A stretch of 38,691 nt of DNA, taken from positions 1 through 38,691 of the forward strand of contig JBATYS010000293.1 in assembly GCA_049674205.1 (NCBI GenBank). The letters are read 5' to 3'. Every line of letters starts with the position of its first letter. The first letter of the stretch is position 1. Below, in pieces: positions 26,574 to 34,967 of the stretch. The notes under the pieces are model-generated. The model had not been told where the DNA came from and searched no databases. It worked only from the letters and a program-made list of their open reading frames with translations. Both the position numbers and the translations under genes were made by a program. This stretch comes from Candidatus Aminicenantaceae bacterium. GTDB taxonomy: Bacteria > Acidobacteriota > Aminicenantia > Aminicenantales > Aminicenantaceae.

Positions 26574-27540
26574 TTAAAAGGTCACCCCAGCATTCCTTAG
26601 GATTCGATAGGATCGATACTATCTGAGTTATCGAAGGATGTTTTACGCACTCAATAACACTCTTTAATCTCAATCGCGCCATATCTTTATCGTCTAGACC
26701 TAAAACGGGAACTTGGTCATACAGGATTGTGGTTTCCGCGATCTTCTGGGAGATGTTATCGAATAGAATTTTACTGGATTTATTAGCGTCGCTGATCGTG
26801 TTTTGGATAAATTCTTTCCGTCCTTCCTCGATATGAGAGAAAAGGATGTGTACTGCTTCAGTGTTTTTGAGAATTTCAAAGTCAGTGGCATACGAAGACA
26901 GGTCAAGGGCAATTTTCTTTTGCCATAGCTTATCCGGTGCTGGCACCTTTACATCAGGGATAAATTGGGGGAAATCGTACACAAGAGTTCCGAATCGGAC
27001 ATTGTCTATTAGAGAGCCCTTGAACCACTCGATCTGATTGTTCTTTATACAAAAATGCACTGTTTCAGTGGAAAAAAGCCGCAAACCTTTTGCCAATCCG
27101 CTGAGTAGATAGACGGTCTTCCCGCTTCCTGCACCTCCGATGATGAGATAGAGGAATTGATCTTTCTGGTCAAAAAGAGCGCAAGCATGGAGATTGTAGA
27201 TCTTGTGGTATTTCTCGAGAAGATACAGGGCATAACGGTATAAAAAACCCTGATTCCCCCATAAGGAGAACCTTAGGTCGGAAGCCGTTCGGGAAAGTCT
27301 CGCGAATGGACCAGAGAAAACATATTCGTTCCCATGCCTTTCATAGTGTGGGGCCTCGTGTGAATCAAGAATCCGAACATAACCGTCAAGATCTTCTGTG
27401 TAGGGAATTCGATCTAACCGATGGAAATCAGTGAGAAGTGATTTCACCTCAATATGAAACGGGAAGGGAGGAAGAAGCTCTTTTTTGTTCGTCTCGATCC
27501 CAACGGTCGCTTTTAGTATTTTGAGCGCAGTTTTGAACAT
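26569..27540 (-). CDS. HPr-kinase-like P-loop protein (HprK C-terminal-domain / PEPCK-like fold), function unknown
   Basis: LHACALFDQKDQFLYLIIGGAGSGKT resembles the LHAxAV...G.SG.GKS/T signature of HprK-related kinases. The stop codon TGA (26569-26571) lies inside the TIR of copy D. Confidence 0.45.
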   Translation of the reverse strand: MFKTALKILKATVGIETNKKELLPPFPFHIEVKSLLTDFHRLDRIPYTEDLDGYVRILDSHEAPHYERHGNEYVFSGPFARLSRTASDLRFSLWGNQGFLYRYALYLLEKYHKIYNLHACALFDQKDQFLYLIIGGAGSGKTVYLLSGLAKGLRLFSTETVHFCIKNNQIEWFKGSLIDNVRFGTLVYDFPQFIPDVKVPAPDKLWQKKIALDLSSYATDFEILKNTEAVHILFSHIEEGRKEFIQNTISDANKSSKILFDNISQKIAETTILYDQVPVLGLDDKDMARLRLKSVIECVKHPSITQIVSILSNPKECWGDLLT

Positions 27541-27622
27541 TCCTTTCCTCTCCTTTAAGAGAGCCTTATATCATACTCAATATCGCTTATTGCGTAAACC
27601 TTTTGCGAGTGTGTTTGCAAAG

Positions 27623-28315
27623 TCATTTTGTGGCAAGATGGATAGCGGCAAATCTCAAAAAAGCTGAGCGATGCTTAGCCCTTAGAAATCCAGCCTCAAG
27701 GAGCAAAGAAGAGAATTCCTCAGGAGGATAGAACCGGGGAACAGTATAGGCGAGATAGCCATACCCTGCTTTCGATCCCGATAGGAATGAACCTACAGGC
27801 CGGACAACCTTTCGGATGTAAAAATGAAATATCTTTCGAAGAAATTTTGATGGGGGTTGACTTGTTTCGAGGTTGAGAAATTGTCCTCCAGGTTTAAGGA
27901 TGCGGTAAAATTCTCCAAGATGAGCCAGTAACTCGTTGCGATTCAAGTTTAAATTGCGTATCGAAAAAGAAATGGTTACAAGGTCGAACGTTTCATCTAG
28001 GAAAGGAAGCTGGGCCACATCGGCAATAGCAAAATTCACGTGATGTTTAAAATTTTTCTTTTTTGCTCGGGATAACATCGGGAAACTAAAATCTACGGAA
28101 TAAATTTTCGTTGAGGCGTCTGCTCTTTTGGAAAGATTATGGGTCATCTCTCCTGTCCCGCTGCACACATCCAACCAATACTGGCCCTCCGTACACGTGA
28201 TTTCTCGCGAAGCTTTGTTTCTCCATAACATATCCAGGCCAAATGTAAGAATATGATTGATAGATTCATACGTTTCGGCAACTTCTGTGTAGATCTTCTG
28301 GACGCCTTTTCTCAT
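27623..28315 (-). CDS. ubiE: Class I SAM-dependent methyltransferase, UbiE/MenG family
   Basis: YESINHILTFGLDMLWR (UbiE/MenG N-terminal signature), SAM motif I LDVCSGTGE, and post-I/II motifs DLVTISFSIRN and LKPGG. Confidence 0.65.
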   Translation of the reverse strand: MRKGVQKIYTEVAETYESINHILTFGLDMLWRNKASREITCTEGQYWLDVCSGTGEMTHNLSKRADASTKIYSVDFSFPMLSRAKKKNFKHHVNFAIADVAQLPFLDETFDLVTISFSIRNLNLNRNELLAHLGEFYRILKPGGQFLNLETSQPPSKFLRKIFHFYIRKVVRPVGSFLSGSKAGYGYLAYTVPRFYPPEEFSSLLLEAGFLRAKHRSAFLRFAAIHLATK

Positions 28316-28588
28316 AATCTTTCAGCCCATACTAAGTAATAATTTTAAAATGTTCAACCCCTGTAGTTCGCATTTCCAAATCCGTGATCAAGTCCTTCTC
28401 GCGGTTTTTTTCATCACACAACCTGATCACTCGACAACGCTACTGAGAATTCAAAACAAAACGAATTTGGAAATGCTGCTAATTTTATTTACGTAAGAAT
28501 TTGAATTTGTTAATATAATTCGTCTTATGAAGTATAGATGGGTGTGGGATGTGTATTGATACAAGAATTTTTATCTAAAAGGAGGAAC

Positions 28589-30214
28589 ATGAAACCTTTA
28601 AAGATACTTTTAGTCGTTGTCCTCTTCATTTCTCTTGCCTTAACTAATCTATCCTCCGCTGAACTCAATCCAACGTATGCCATTGTGGATTGCACGATTT
28701 TTCCTGTTAATGGCGTTCAGGTCGATAACGGAGTGATCATCATCCGGAATGGTTTGATCGAAGCGATAGGCCCGAAGGCAAATATTTCTATTCCGGAAGA
28801 GGCGGAAATCATCAAGGCTGAGGGACTGTATGCCTATCCTGGACTGATCGATGCACATTCGGAACTCATGCTTGTTACACCGAAACCTGAACCTCAATCA
28901 CAAAGACAAAATTCCTCTCCACGACCGGGAGACAGTCCAAGTTGGCAGAAAGCAGATTTTATGGCATTCGACCATTTTGTGCCGAAAAAGACTGTCCTTG
29001 AGGGATTGAGAAGAATCGGGATCACAACCGCCTGTTTGGCACCAGACAAAAATATCTTTGCAGGCCAGAGTGTGATCGTTAATTTTAATAGTGATCAGAA
29101 AAAACAAATGGTCCTGGGTAATCCCTTTGCTCTTCACATCAATTTTGTCATGTCAAGGGGAGAGTACCCCTCGAGTTTGATGGGTACAATGGCAGTACTT
29201 CGCCAGACCTTTCTCGATACCGAGCACTATTATTTCTACTCCACACAATATACCAAGTCACCCCTTGGCCTTAAAAGGCCTGAATTCAATCCTTTTCTTG
29301 AAACTCTTATTCCTTATGTGATCAATAAAAAACCGATCGTATTCAACTGTGCAAACCTCGAGGATATCAAGAGAGCTGTTCGTCTTGCCGATGAGTTTAA
29401 ACTTAAAGCTTATATCAGCGGAGCCAACGAGGCCTGGAGAGTTGCCGGGCTATTAAAAAAGACCAAGGCACCGCTGTTGGTCTCCTTGAAATTCACTCCT
29501 CCTTTTACGAGCAAATACATCAATCAGGGTGAAGAATTGAAGAAAAAAGCCGAAGAGGAGATCTATCCGGCGAATGCGTTTAACCTTTATAAGGAGGGGA
29601 TCCCATTTGCGTTGACATCAAATGGCCTATCCAAGCCTGCTGATATACTGAAGAATGTAAAAAAAACGATCAAAGCTGGTTTGCCAAAGAATGAAGCTCT
29701 TAAAGCTATGACGATCCATCCAGCTGAAGCACTAGGCGTCGATAATATACTCGGTAGCCTGGAAAAAGGAAAAATTGCCAACATCGTCTTGACGTCTGGT
29801 GAGATATTCGATGAAAAATCTCAGGTGAGAAGAGTGTTTGTGGATGGGATCTCATTCACGATCGAACAGCCTCCAGAAAAGTCGAAGGCAACAGAAGCTC
29901 AAACGGATATCTCAGGAAAATGGCAGGCAGAATTAGCGAGTGCAATGGGAAACATGGAATCCACCATTGAATTCAAACAGGATGGGAATCAAGTGAACGG
30001 AACCATCTCTACAGAGATGGGGAAATGGGAGATCGAGAACGGCGTTTTAAGCGGGAAAGCCCTGACCTTCACGGTCACAGCAAACATCATGGGAGAATCG
30101 ATTAGCATGGAATTCAGTGGAATGGCGGAAACAGATAATATTGAAGGGAGCCTATCTTTTACGCAAGGCAGTGCGCAATTAAAAGCGAAAAGAATACCGG
30201 AGTCCTCTTTTTAG
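28589..30214 (+). CDS. Secreted amidohydrolase-superfamily paralog 1 (metal ligands degenerate) with an extra C-terminal domain
   Basis: ATG 28589 follows AAGGAGG. Signal peptide MKPLKILLVVVLFISLALTNLSSA. Strand-1 motif PGLIDAHSELM (H-x-E instead of H-x-H) and strand-8 ALTSNG (Asn for Asp). About 110 aa of extra C-terminal sequence. Confidence 0.7.
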   Translation: MKPLKILLVVVLFISLALTNLSSAELNPTYAIVDCTIFPVNGVQVDNGVIIIRNGLIEAIGPKANISIPEEAEIIKAEGLYAYPGLIDAHSELMLVTPKPEPQSQRQNSSPRPGDSPSWQKADFMAFDHFVPKKTVLEGLRRIGITTACLAPDKNIFAGQSVIVNFNSDQKKQMVLGNPFALHINFVMSRGEYPSSLMGTMAVLRQTFLDTEHYYFYSTQYTKSPLGLKRPEFNPFLETLIPYVINKKPIVFNCANLEDIKRAVRLADEFKLKAYISGANEAWRVAGLLKKTKAPLLVSLKFTPPFTSKYINQGEELKKKAEEEIYPANAFNLYKEGIPFALTSNGLSKPADILKNVKKTIKAGLPKNEALKAMTIHPAEALGVDNILGSLEKGKIANIVLTSGEIFDEKSQVRRVFVDGISFTIEQPPEKSKATEAQTDISGKWQAELASAMGNMESTIEFKQDGNQVNGTISTEMGKWEIENGVLSGKALTFTVTANIMGESISMEFSGMAETDNIEGSLSFTQGSAQLKAKRIPESSF

Positions 30215-30224
30215 GAGAAAAATC

Positions 30225-31565
30225 ATGAAGAACCTGAAAAAAACAATTTTATTCACTGTTTTGGTGATAGGCTTTGTTCTGTGTGCAAGTACACTCCAAG
30301 CCCAGGATCTCCTGATAAAGAATGGCACGATCTTGACTGTGTCCAGGGGAACGATCCTAAATGGCGATATACTTGTGATGGATGGCAACATAAAAAAAAT
30401 CGGACAAAACATCCAGGCACCAGAGAACGTGAAAATTATCGATGCCACAGGAAAATTTGTTATGCCAGGGATCATCGATTCCCATTCGCATATCGGCCTT
30501 TCCGGAACCAATGAAAGCGGAGAAACAATATCTGCTGAAGTTAAAATGGGAGATGTCCTCAATGCCGAGGATACATCTATATACACAGCGATAACTGGCG
30601 GGGTAACGATGACTCACACAATGCATGGGAGCGGGAATCCCATTGGGGGTGAGAATATAGTCATCAAGACAAAGTGGGGAAAGACGTCCGAAGAGATGGT
30701 GGTGCATGAAGCTTACAGAACCCTAAAGTTTGCTCTAGGAGAAAATCCCAAACAGGCTAACCGGCAACGACAGGCAACAACAATCCGGTATCCTCAGTCT
30801 CGTATGGGTGTGAACGCGATCATTCGCCGCGAGTTCCTCAAGGCGCATAATTACATGGAGCAGTGGGACCGGTATGAAAAAGCAAAAAGGTCCCTAAAAG
30901 GATCAAACACTCTTATTCCTCCGAGAAAAGACCTGAAGATGGAAGCGTTGGCCGATATGCTCAGAGGAGATATGTATGCGCGCTGTCACACATACCGGGC
31001 TGATGAGACACTCGAGTTTATCAAGCTTTCTAAAGAATTCGGTTTTAAGATTATATGTTTTGAACATGCTTGGGAGGCGTACAAGATTGCCAAAGAGATA
31101 GCGGCTGAAAACATCGGCATTTCAATTTTTGCGGATAATTGGGCATATAAAGTAGAGGCTGCAGAGGGCACTGCATACAATGCTGGATACTGCACAAAAC
31201 AGGGCGTTCTCGTCTCAATTAACTCAGACAGTGGTGAGCGGATCCGGAGACTGTTCAACGATGCAGCAAAAGCAATGAAATACGGGGGACTCACTGAGGA
31301 TGAAGCCTTAAAGCTTGTGACGATCAATCCGGCAATCCAACTGGGTGTTGATAAAATCGTCGGCAGCCTGGAAGTTGGAAAACACGGAGATATCGCTATT
31401 TTTAACGAGCACCCCATGAGTGCCTACACACGGTGCGACATGACAATAATCGAAGGGGAAGTCTATTTTGACAGGGCACAGTACCTAAAAAAGCAGGAGG
31501 AAATGGCAAAAAAGAAAAAAGAGAAAGATAAAGAGAGTCAAAAGAAGAAGGGAGAGCCAGAATGA
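30225..31565 (+). CDS. Secreted amidohydrolase (imidazolonepropionase/COG1228-like dipeptidase-carboxypeptidase group), catalytic residues intact
   Basis: Signal peptide MKNLKKTILFTVLVIGFVLCASTLQA. PGIIDSHSHIG (H-x-H), HTMHGSGNPIGG, RCHTYRADE and SINSDSG (Asp). Lys/Glu-rich C-terminal tail. Confidence 0.8.
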   Translation: MKNLKKTILFTVLVIGFVLCASTLQAQDLLIKNGTILTVSRGTILNGDILVMDGNIKKIGQNIQAPENVKIIDATGKFVMPGIIDSHSHIGLSGTNESGETISAEVKMGDVLNAEDTSIYTAITGGVTMTHTMHGSGNPIGGENIVIKTKWGKTSEEMVVHEAYRTLKFALGENPKQANRQRQATTIRYPQSRMGVNAIIRREFLKAHNYMEQWDRYEKAKRSLKGSNTLIPPRKDLKMEALADMLRGDMYARCHTYRADETLEFIKLSKEFGFKIICFEHAWEAYKIAKEIAAENIGISIFADNWAYKVEAAEGTAYNAGYCTKQGVLVSINSDSGERIRRLFNDAAKAMKYGGLTEDEALKLVTINPAIQLGVDKIVGSLEVGKHGDIAIFNEHPMSAYTRCDMTIIEGEVYFDRAQYLKKQEEMAKKKKEKDKESQKKKGEPE

Positions 31566-32842
31566 ACAGGAAACTTATTGTCTTTTCAGTAACCCTTCTT
31601 CTTATTACCTGTTATGCGGCCAGCCGAGAAGAAAGCATTGAGATCATCGCCATCAAAGATGTCACTATAATTCCGGTAGTCGGTCAGGACATTCCTGGAG
31701 GTACCATTGTTATTAAAAATGGTCTTATTGAAGAGATCGGGCGTGACATTACTATTCCTGCAGGTGCAAAGATCTATGACGCCAAAGGCCTTCGTGCTTA
31801 TCCCGGCATGATCGATGGTACTTGTTATCTCGGCTTGTACGAGATCGGATCGGTGCAGGCCACTATCGACAATAGAGAGACGGGTAATTTCAATCCACAA
31901 GTCAGGGCCATTGAAGCGTTGAGGCCGGATTCGATGCACATTCCCGTTTCTAGGTCGAATGGAATAACAACCGCTCTCATTGTCCCAACGGGAGGTTTAG
32001 TGGCTGGCCAGAGCGGATTGATCAGGCTGGAGGGAAAAACACCGGACGAAATGGTCATCATAGAATCAGTCGCCATGCACATCGAACTTCCTGGCTTGGG
32101 CAGATCCCGAAGAAGTCCTACGACACAAGAGTCTCAGCCCGCTTCCAAAAAGATCACAGAGCTCAAAGAATTATTCCATAAAGCACGAATGTACCAAAAG
32201 CAAAAAAATGCAGCAAAAAAAGATACTCGGCTTGTTCTCCCAGAGTTCGACGAAAAACTTGAATTCATGCTCCCAGTTATCAATGGCAACCTCCCTGTTA
32301 TGATATCGGTCCACTCTGAGCAGGATATTCTTGATGCCATTCAATTCGTCAAAAACGAAAACGTCAAAGCCATATTTTTTGGAGTCTCTCAAGGTTGGAA
32401 GGTTGCCGACAAGATCAAAGAGGCTGGAATACCAGTTATCTTTGGGTCTCTGTATGCCATGCCACCGAAATGGGAGGATGGATATGACGCTCTTTACAGA
32501 AATCCTGCAGTGCTTCAAAAAGCGGGAGTTCAGTTTGCGTTTTCATCGCAGAGTGCTGCCCTGGCTAAGGATTTGCCATATCATGCCGCCAAAGCCGCGG
32601 CATTTGGGTTGGACAAAAGAGAAGCGTTGAAGGGCGTCACAATTTATCCTGCACAGATCTTTGGCATCGATGACAAAGTAGGAAGCTTAGAAAAGGGAAA
32701 GATCGCAAACATTGTGCTGGCTGATGGCGATATCCTTGAGATGAGAACCAACATCAAACATGTGTTCATCGATGGGAAGGAAATGGATCTATCATCTGTT
32801 TACAGCGAACTGCTCGATAAATACAGGACCCGAAACAACTGA
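31562..32842 (+). CDS. Secreted amidohydrolase-superfamily paralog 3 (metal ligands lost)
   Basis: ATGA overlap with the previous gene. Signal peptide MNRKLIVFSVTLLLITCYAAS. Strand-1 motif PGMIDGTCYLG (no His) and strand-8 AFSSQSA (Gln for Asp). Shares GSLEKGKIANIVL with paralog 1. Confidence 0.7.
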   Translation: MNRKLIVFSVTLLLITCYAASREESIEIIAIKDVTIIPVVGQDIPGGTIVIKNGLIEEIGRDITIPAGAKIYDAKGLRAYPGMIDGTCYLGLYEIGSVQATIDNRETGNFNPQVRAIEALRPDSMHIPVSRSNGITTALIVPTGGLVAGQSGLIRLEGKTPDEMVIIESVAMHIELPGLGRSRRSPTTQESQPASKKITELKELFHKARMYQKQKNAAKKDTRLVLPEFDEKLEFMLPVINGNLPVMISVHSEQDILDAIQFVKNENVKAIFFGVSQGWKVADKIKEAGIPVIFGSLYAMPPKWEDGYDALYRNPAVLQKAGVQFAFSSQSAALAKDLPYHAAKAAAFGLDKREALKGVTIYPAQIFGIDDKVGSLEKGKIANIVLADGDILEMRTNIKHVFIDGKEMDLSSVYSELLDKYRTRNN

Positions 32843-32845
32843 TTG

Positions 32846-32897
32846 ATTGAATGATTTTAGAGTATATATTTGGCAGCAGCTTTTATGAATAATTCAG
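32846..32897 (+). repeat. Truncated MITE fragment, copy E (right-hand 52 bp only)
   Basis: attgaatgattttagagtatatatttggcagcagcttttatgaataattcag matches the right end of copy C (reverse complement of 16146-16198) at 49 of 53 aligned positions. No core and no left TIR. Confidence 0.65.
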
Positions 32898-32934
32898 TAT
32901 AGTTGTAATGAGTTATGAAAATAGAGGAGATCCT

Positions 32935-34755
32935 ATGAAAACAAAAATCTTAGTCACATGTTTTGTTATGACCATTATGCTGGTCTTTCTTTCAGGCCTT
33001 TCCAGTTGGGGAAACAATGTCAGCGCAGATTCTTACGATGTTCTCATCAAGAACGGAAGGATCTTTGATGGATCTTTGAAAAATGCTGTAAATGCTGATA
33101 TCGCTATACGGGGTGATACGATCGTAAGAATCGCTAAATCGATCAGGGGGAATGCGAAAAGTATTGTTGATGCCCGTGGCCTTTATGTGAGTCCAGGATT
33201 TATAGATCTCCACACACATGTGGATGACAATATGTATTTTCCCGAGAACAGGGCAATCATCAATTTTCTGAAACAAGGAGTAACTTCTGTTATCGTCGGA
33301 CAATGTGGGGGGAGTGCCTGGCCCATCGTAGAAAAAGCGGAAGACCAGATCGAGAGATGGACAACAGAGGAGATCGCCCCCAATGCCGCATTGCTCGTCG
33401 GTCATGGAACAGTCAGACAGATCGTTATGGGGATGGAGAACAGAGCTCCCACTCCGCAGGAGCTGGAAAAGATGAAGGTGCTGGTCAAAGAAGCAATGGA
33501 ACAGGGAGCCCATGGAATATCCACAGGTTTGATCTACCTGCCCGGACGATACTCAAAAACTGACGAGATTATCGAGCTGGTCAAGGTTGTTTCTCCGTAC
33601 AAAGGAATTTATCATACACACATTCGTGATGAACGAGACAAGCTCCTCGACGCGGTTAAAGAGGCGATCGATATATCCAAAAAAGCCCAAGTGCCTGCAC
33701 ACATATCCCACTTCAAAGTGATGGGAAAGGCAAATTGGGGGCTTGTCAAGGATGCGTGTGTACTCATAGAACAAGCCAATGCTGAAGGATTAACCATATC
33801 AGCAGATCAGTATCCCTATCAATTTTCCAACGGTAATCCTTACAGGAGTCCGATTCCTCGTTCGACATGGGTAGGGAGTACGGAAGTTCCGAGGCTTTCC
33901 TCATCAGATATCTTCATGATATTCGATCATCTCAGAGATGCACAATTGGTGGACCTTTATACGAAGATCACACCCTACTTCCCGCTCAGTGAACATCATA
34001 AGCAGTATCTCGATGGACTTCCGCGAAACAGACTTGTTGAACTTGTCAGCCAGAGTTTGATCAGCACCGGTGATTTTTATGGCCCAGAAAATCGGCGCTC
34101 AAGGATGCTCTTTTTGGAGCGAATGAATGCCCCCGAAGAAGCCGCAAAGATCCGGAGAGAAATCACAGAATATATGGAGAACCTCATAGGTGCAGACAGG
34201 TTCATTGTGGGAATTTGTGTGAAGAAAAACCTAGAGGGTAAATCCATCAAACAAGTGGCCGAGCTCAAGAGGATCTCCATCGCAGATGCCGCCATGGAGC
34301 TGGAACTCATGGGGGCTAAGATCATTCCTTTACAGATGTGCGAAGAGGATATCGAATACATAATGAATAAAAGCTTTGTCGGGACAGGAAGCGATGGAGT
34401 TGCCCCTTACTATGGGATCGGACCGACTCACATCCGCTCTTACTCCACATTTCTCCACAAGATAAAAAAATACGCTCTGCAGAGAAAGTCTGTATCTGTA
34501 CCCCATGTGATTCGCTCCCAGACCTCTCTCCCTGCAGAAATCATGGGCTGGCAGGACCGTGGATGGATCAAAGAGGGATACAAGGCCGACATCGCCATTT
34601 TTGACCTCAAGAACATAGAGACAAGAACATCCATATCCAATCCTCATCAATACAGTGAAGGCGTCGAATATCTCTTCATCAACGGGGAAATGGTCCTAGA
34701 TAAGGGTAGTTGGACTCACAAGCTGCCCGGGAAAGTTATAAAACCAAAGAGGTAA
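32935..34755 (+). CDS. N-acyl-D-amino-acid deacylase (D-aminoacylase) family amidohydrolase, exported
   Basis: ATG 32935 follows AGGAG. Signal/anchor MKTKILVTCFVMTIMLVFLSGLSSWG. SPGFIDLHTHVD (H-x-H), YHTHIRDE, AHISHFK and GTGSDG motifs. Confidence 0.8.
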   Translation: MKTKILVTCFVMTIMLVFLSGLSSWGNNVSADSYDVLIKNGRIFDGSLKNAVNADIAIRGDTIVRIAKSIRGNAKSIVDARGLYVSPGFIDLHTHVDDNMYFPENRAIINFLKQGVTSVIVGQCGGSAWPIVEKAEDQIERWTTEEIAPNAALLVGHGTVRQIVMGMENRAPTPQELEKMKVLVKEAMEQGAHGISTGLIYLPGRYSKTDEIIELVKVVSPYKGIYHTHIRDERDKLLDAVKEAIDISKKAQVPAHISHFKVMGKANWGLVKDACVLIEQANAEGLTISADQYPYQFSNGNPYRSPIPRSTWVGSTEVPRLSSSDIFMIFDHLRDAQLVDLYTKITPYFPLSEHHKQYLDGLPRNRLVELVSQSLISTGDFYGPENRRSRMLFLERMNAPEEAAKIRREITEYMENLIGADRFIVGICVKKNLEGKSIKQVAELKRISIADAAMELELMGAKIIPLQMCEEDIEYIMNKSFVGTGSDGVAPYYGIGPTHIRSYSTFLHKIKKYALQRKSVSVPHVIRSQTSLPAEIMGWQDRGWIKEGYKADIAIFDLKNIETRTSISNPHQYSEGVEYLFINGEMVLDKGSWTHKLPGKVIKPKR

Positions 34756-34967
34756 GGCATCACTGCACCTATGGCAATCCAAAGGGCAAGGTAAAGCCCT
34801 GTCTTACCCAACGAGATATGAAATTTGTGATGAAAAAGAGAGGGGGTATAGAAAACCGTGGTTCCCCAGCATGCACCTCCGAAAAAGAAACCGGGAAAAT
34901 ACACTGAGGTCTCACTTATAGCCTGTTTCCAAGAAGAGAAGTCCGATGGAAATCCGCTTGAATCGTC

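Noticed and set aside
32992-33513. Long antisense ORFs inside confidently assigned genes (173 aa at 32992-33513, 172 aa at 18228-18746, 143 aa at 30986-31417, 135 aa at 30179-30586, and others)
   Set aside because: These are shadow ORFs opposite genes with strong family motifs. Their translations are low-complexity or Ser/Arg/Leu-rich, with no recognisable domains and no start signals.
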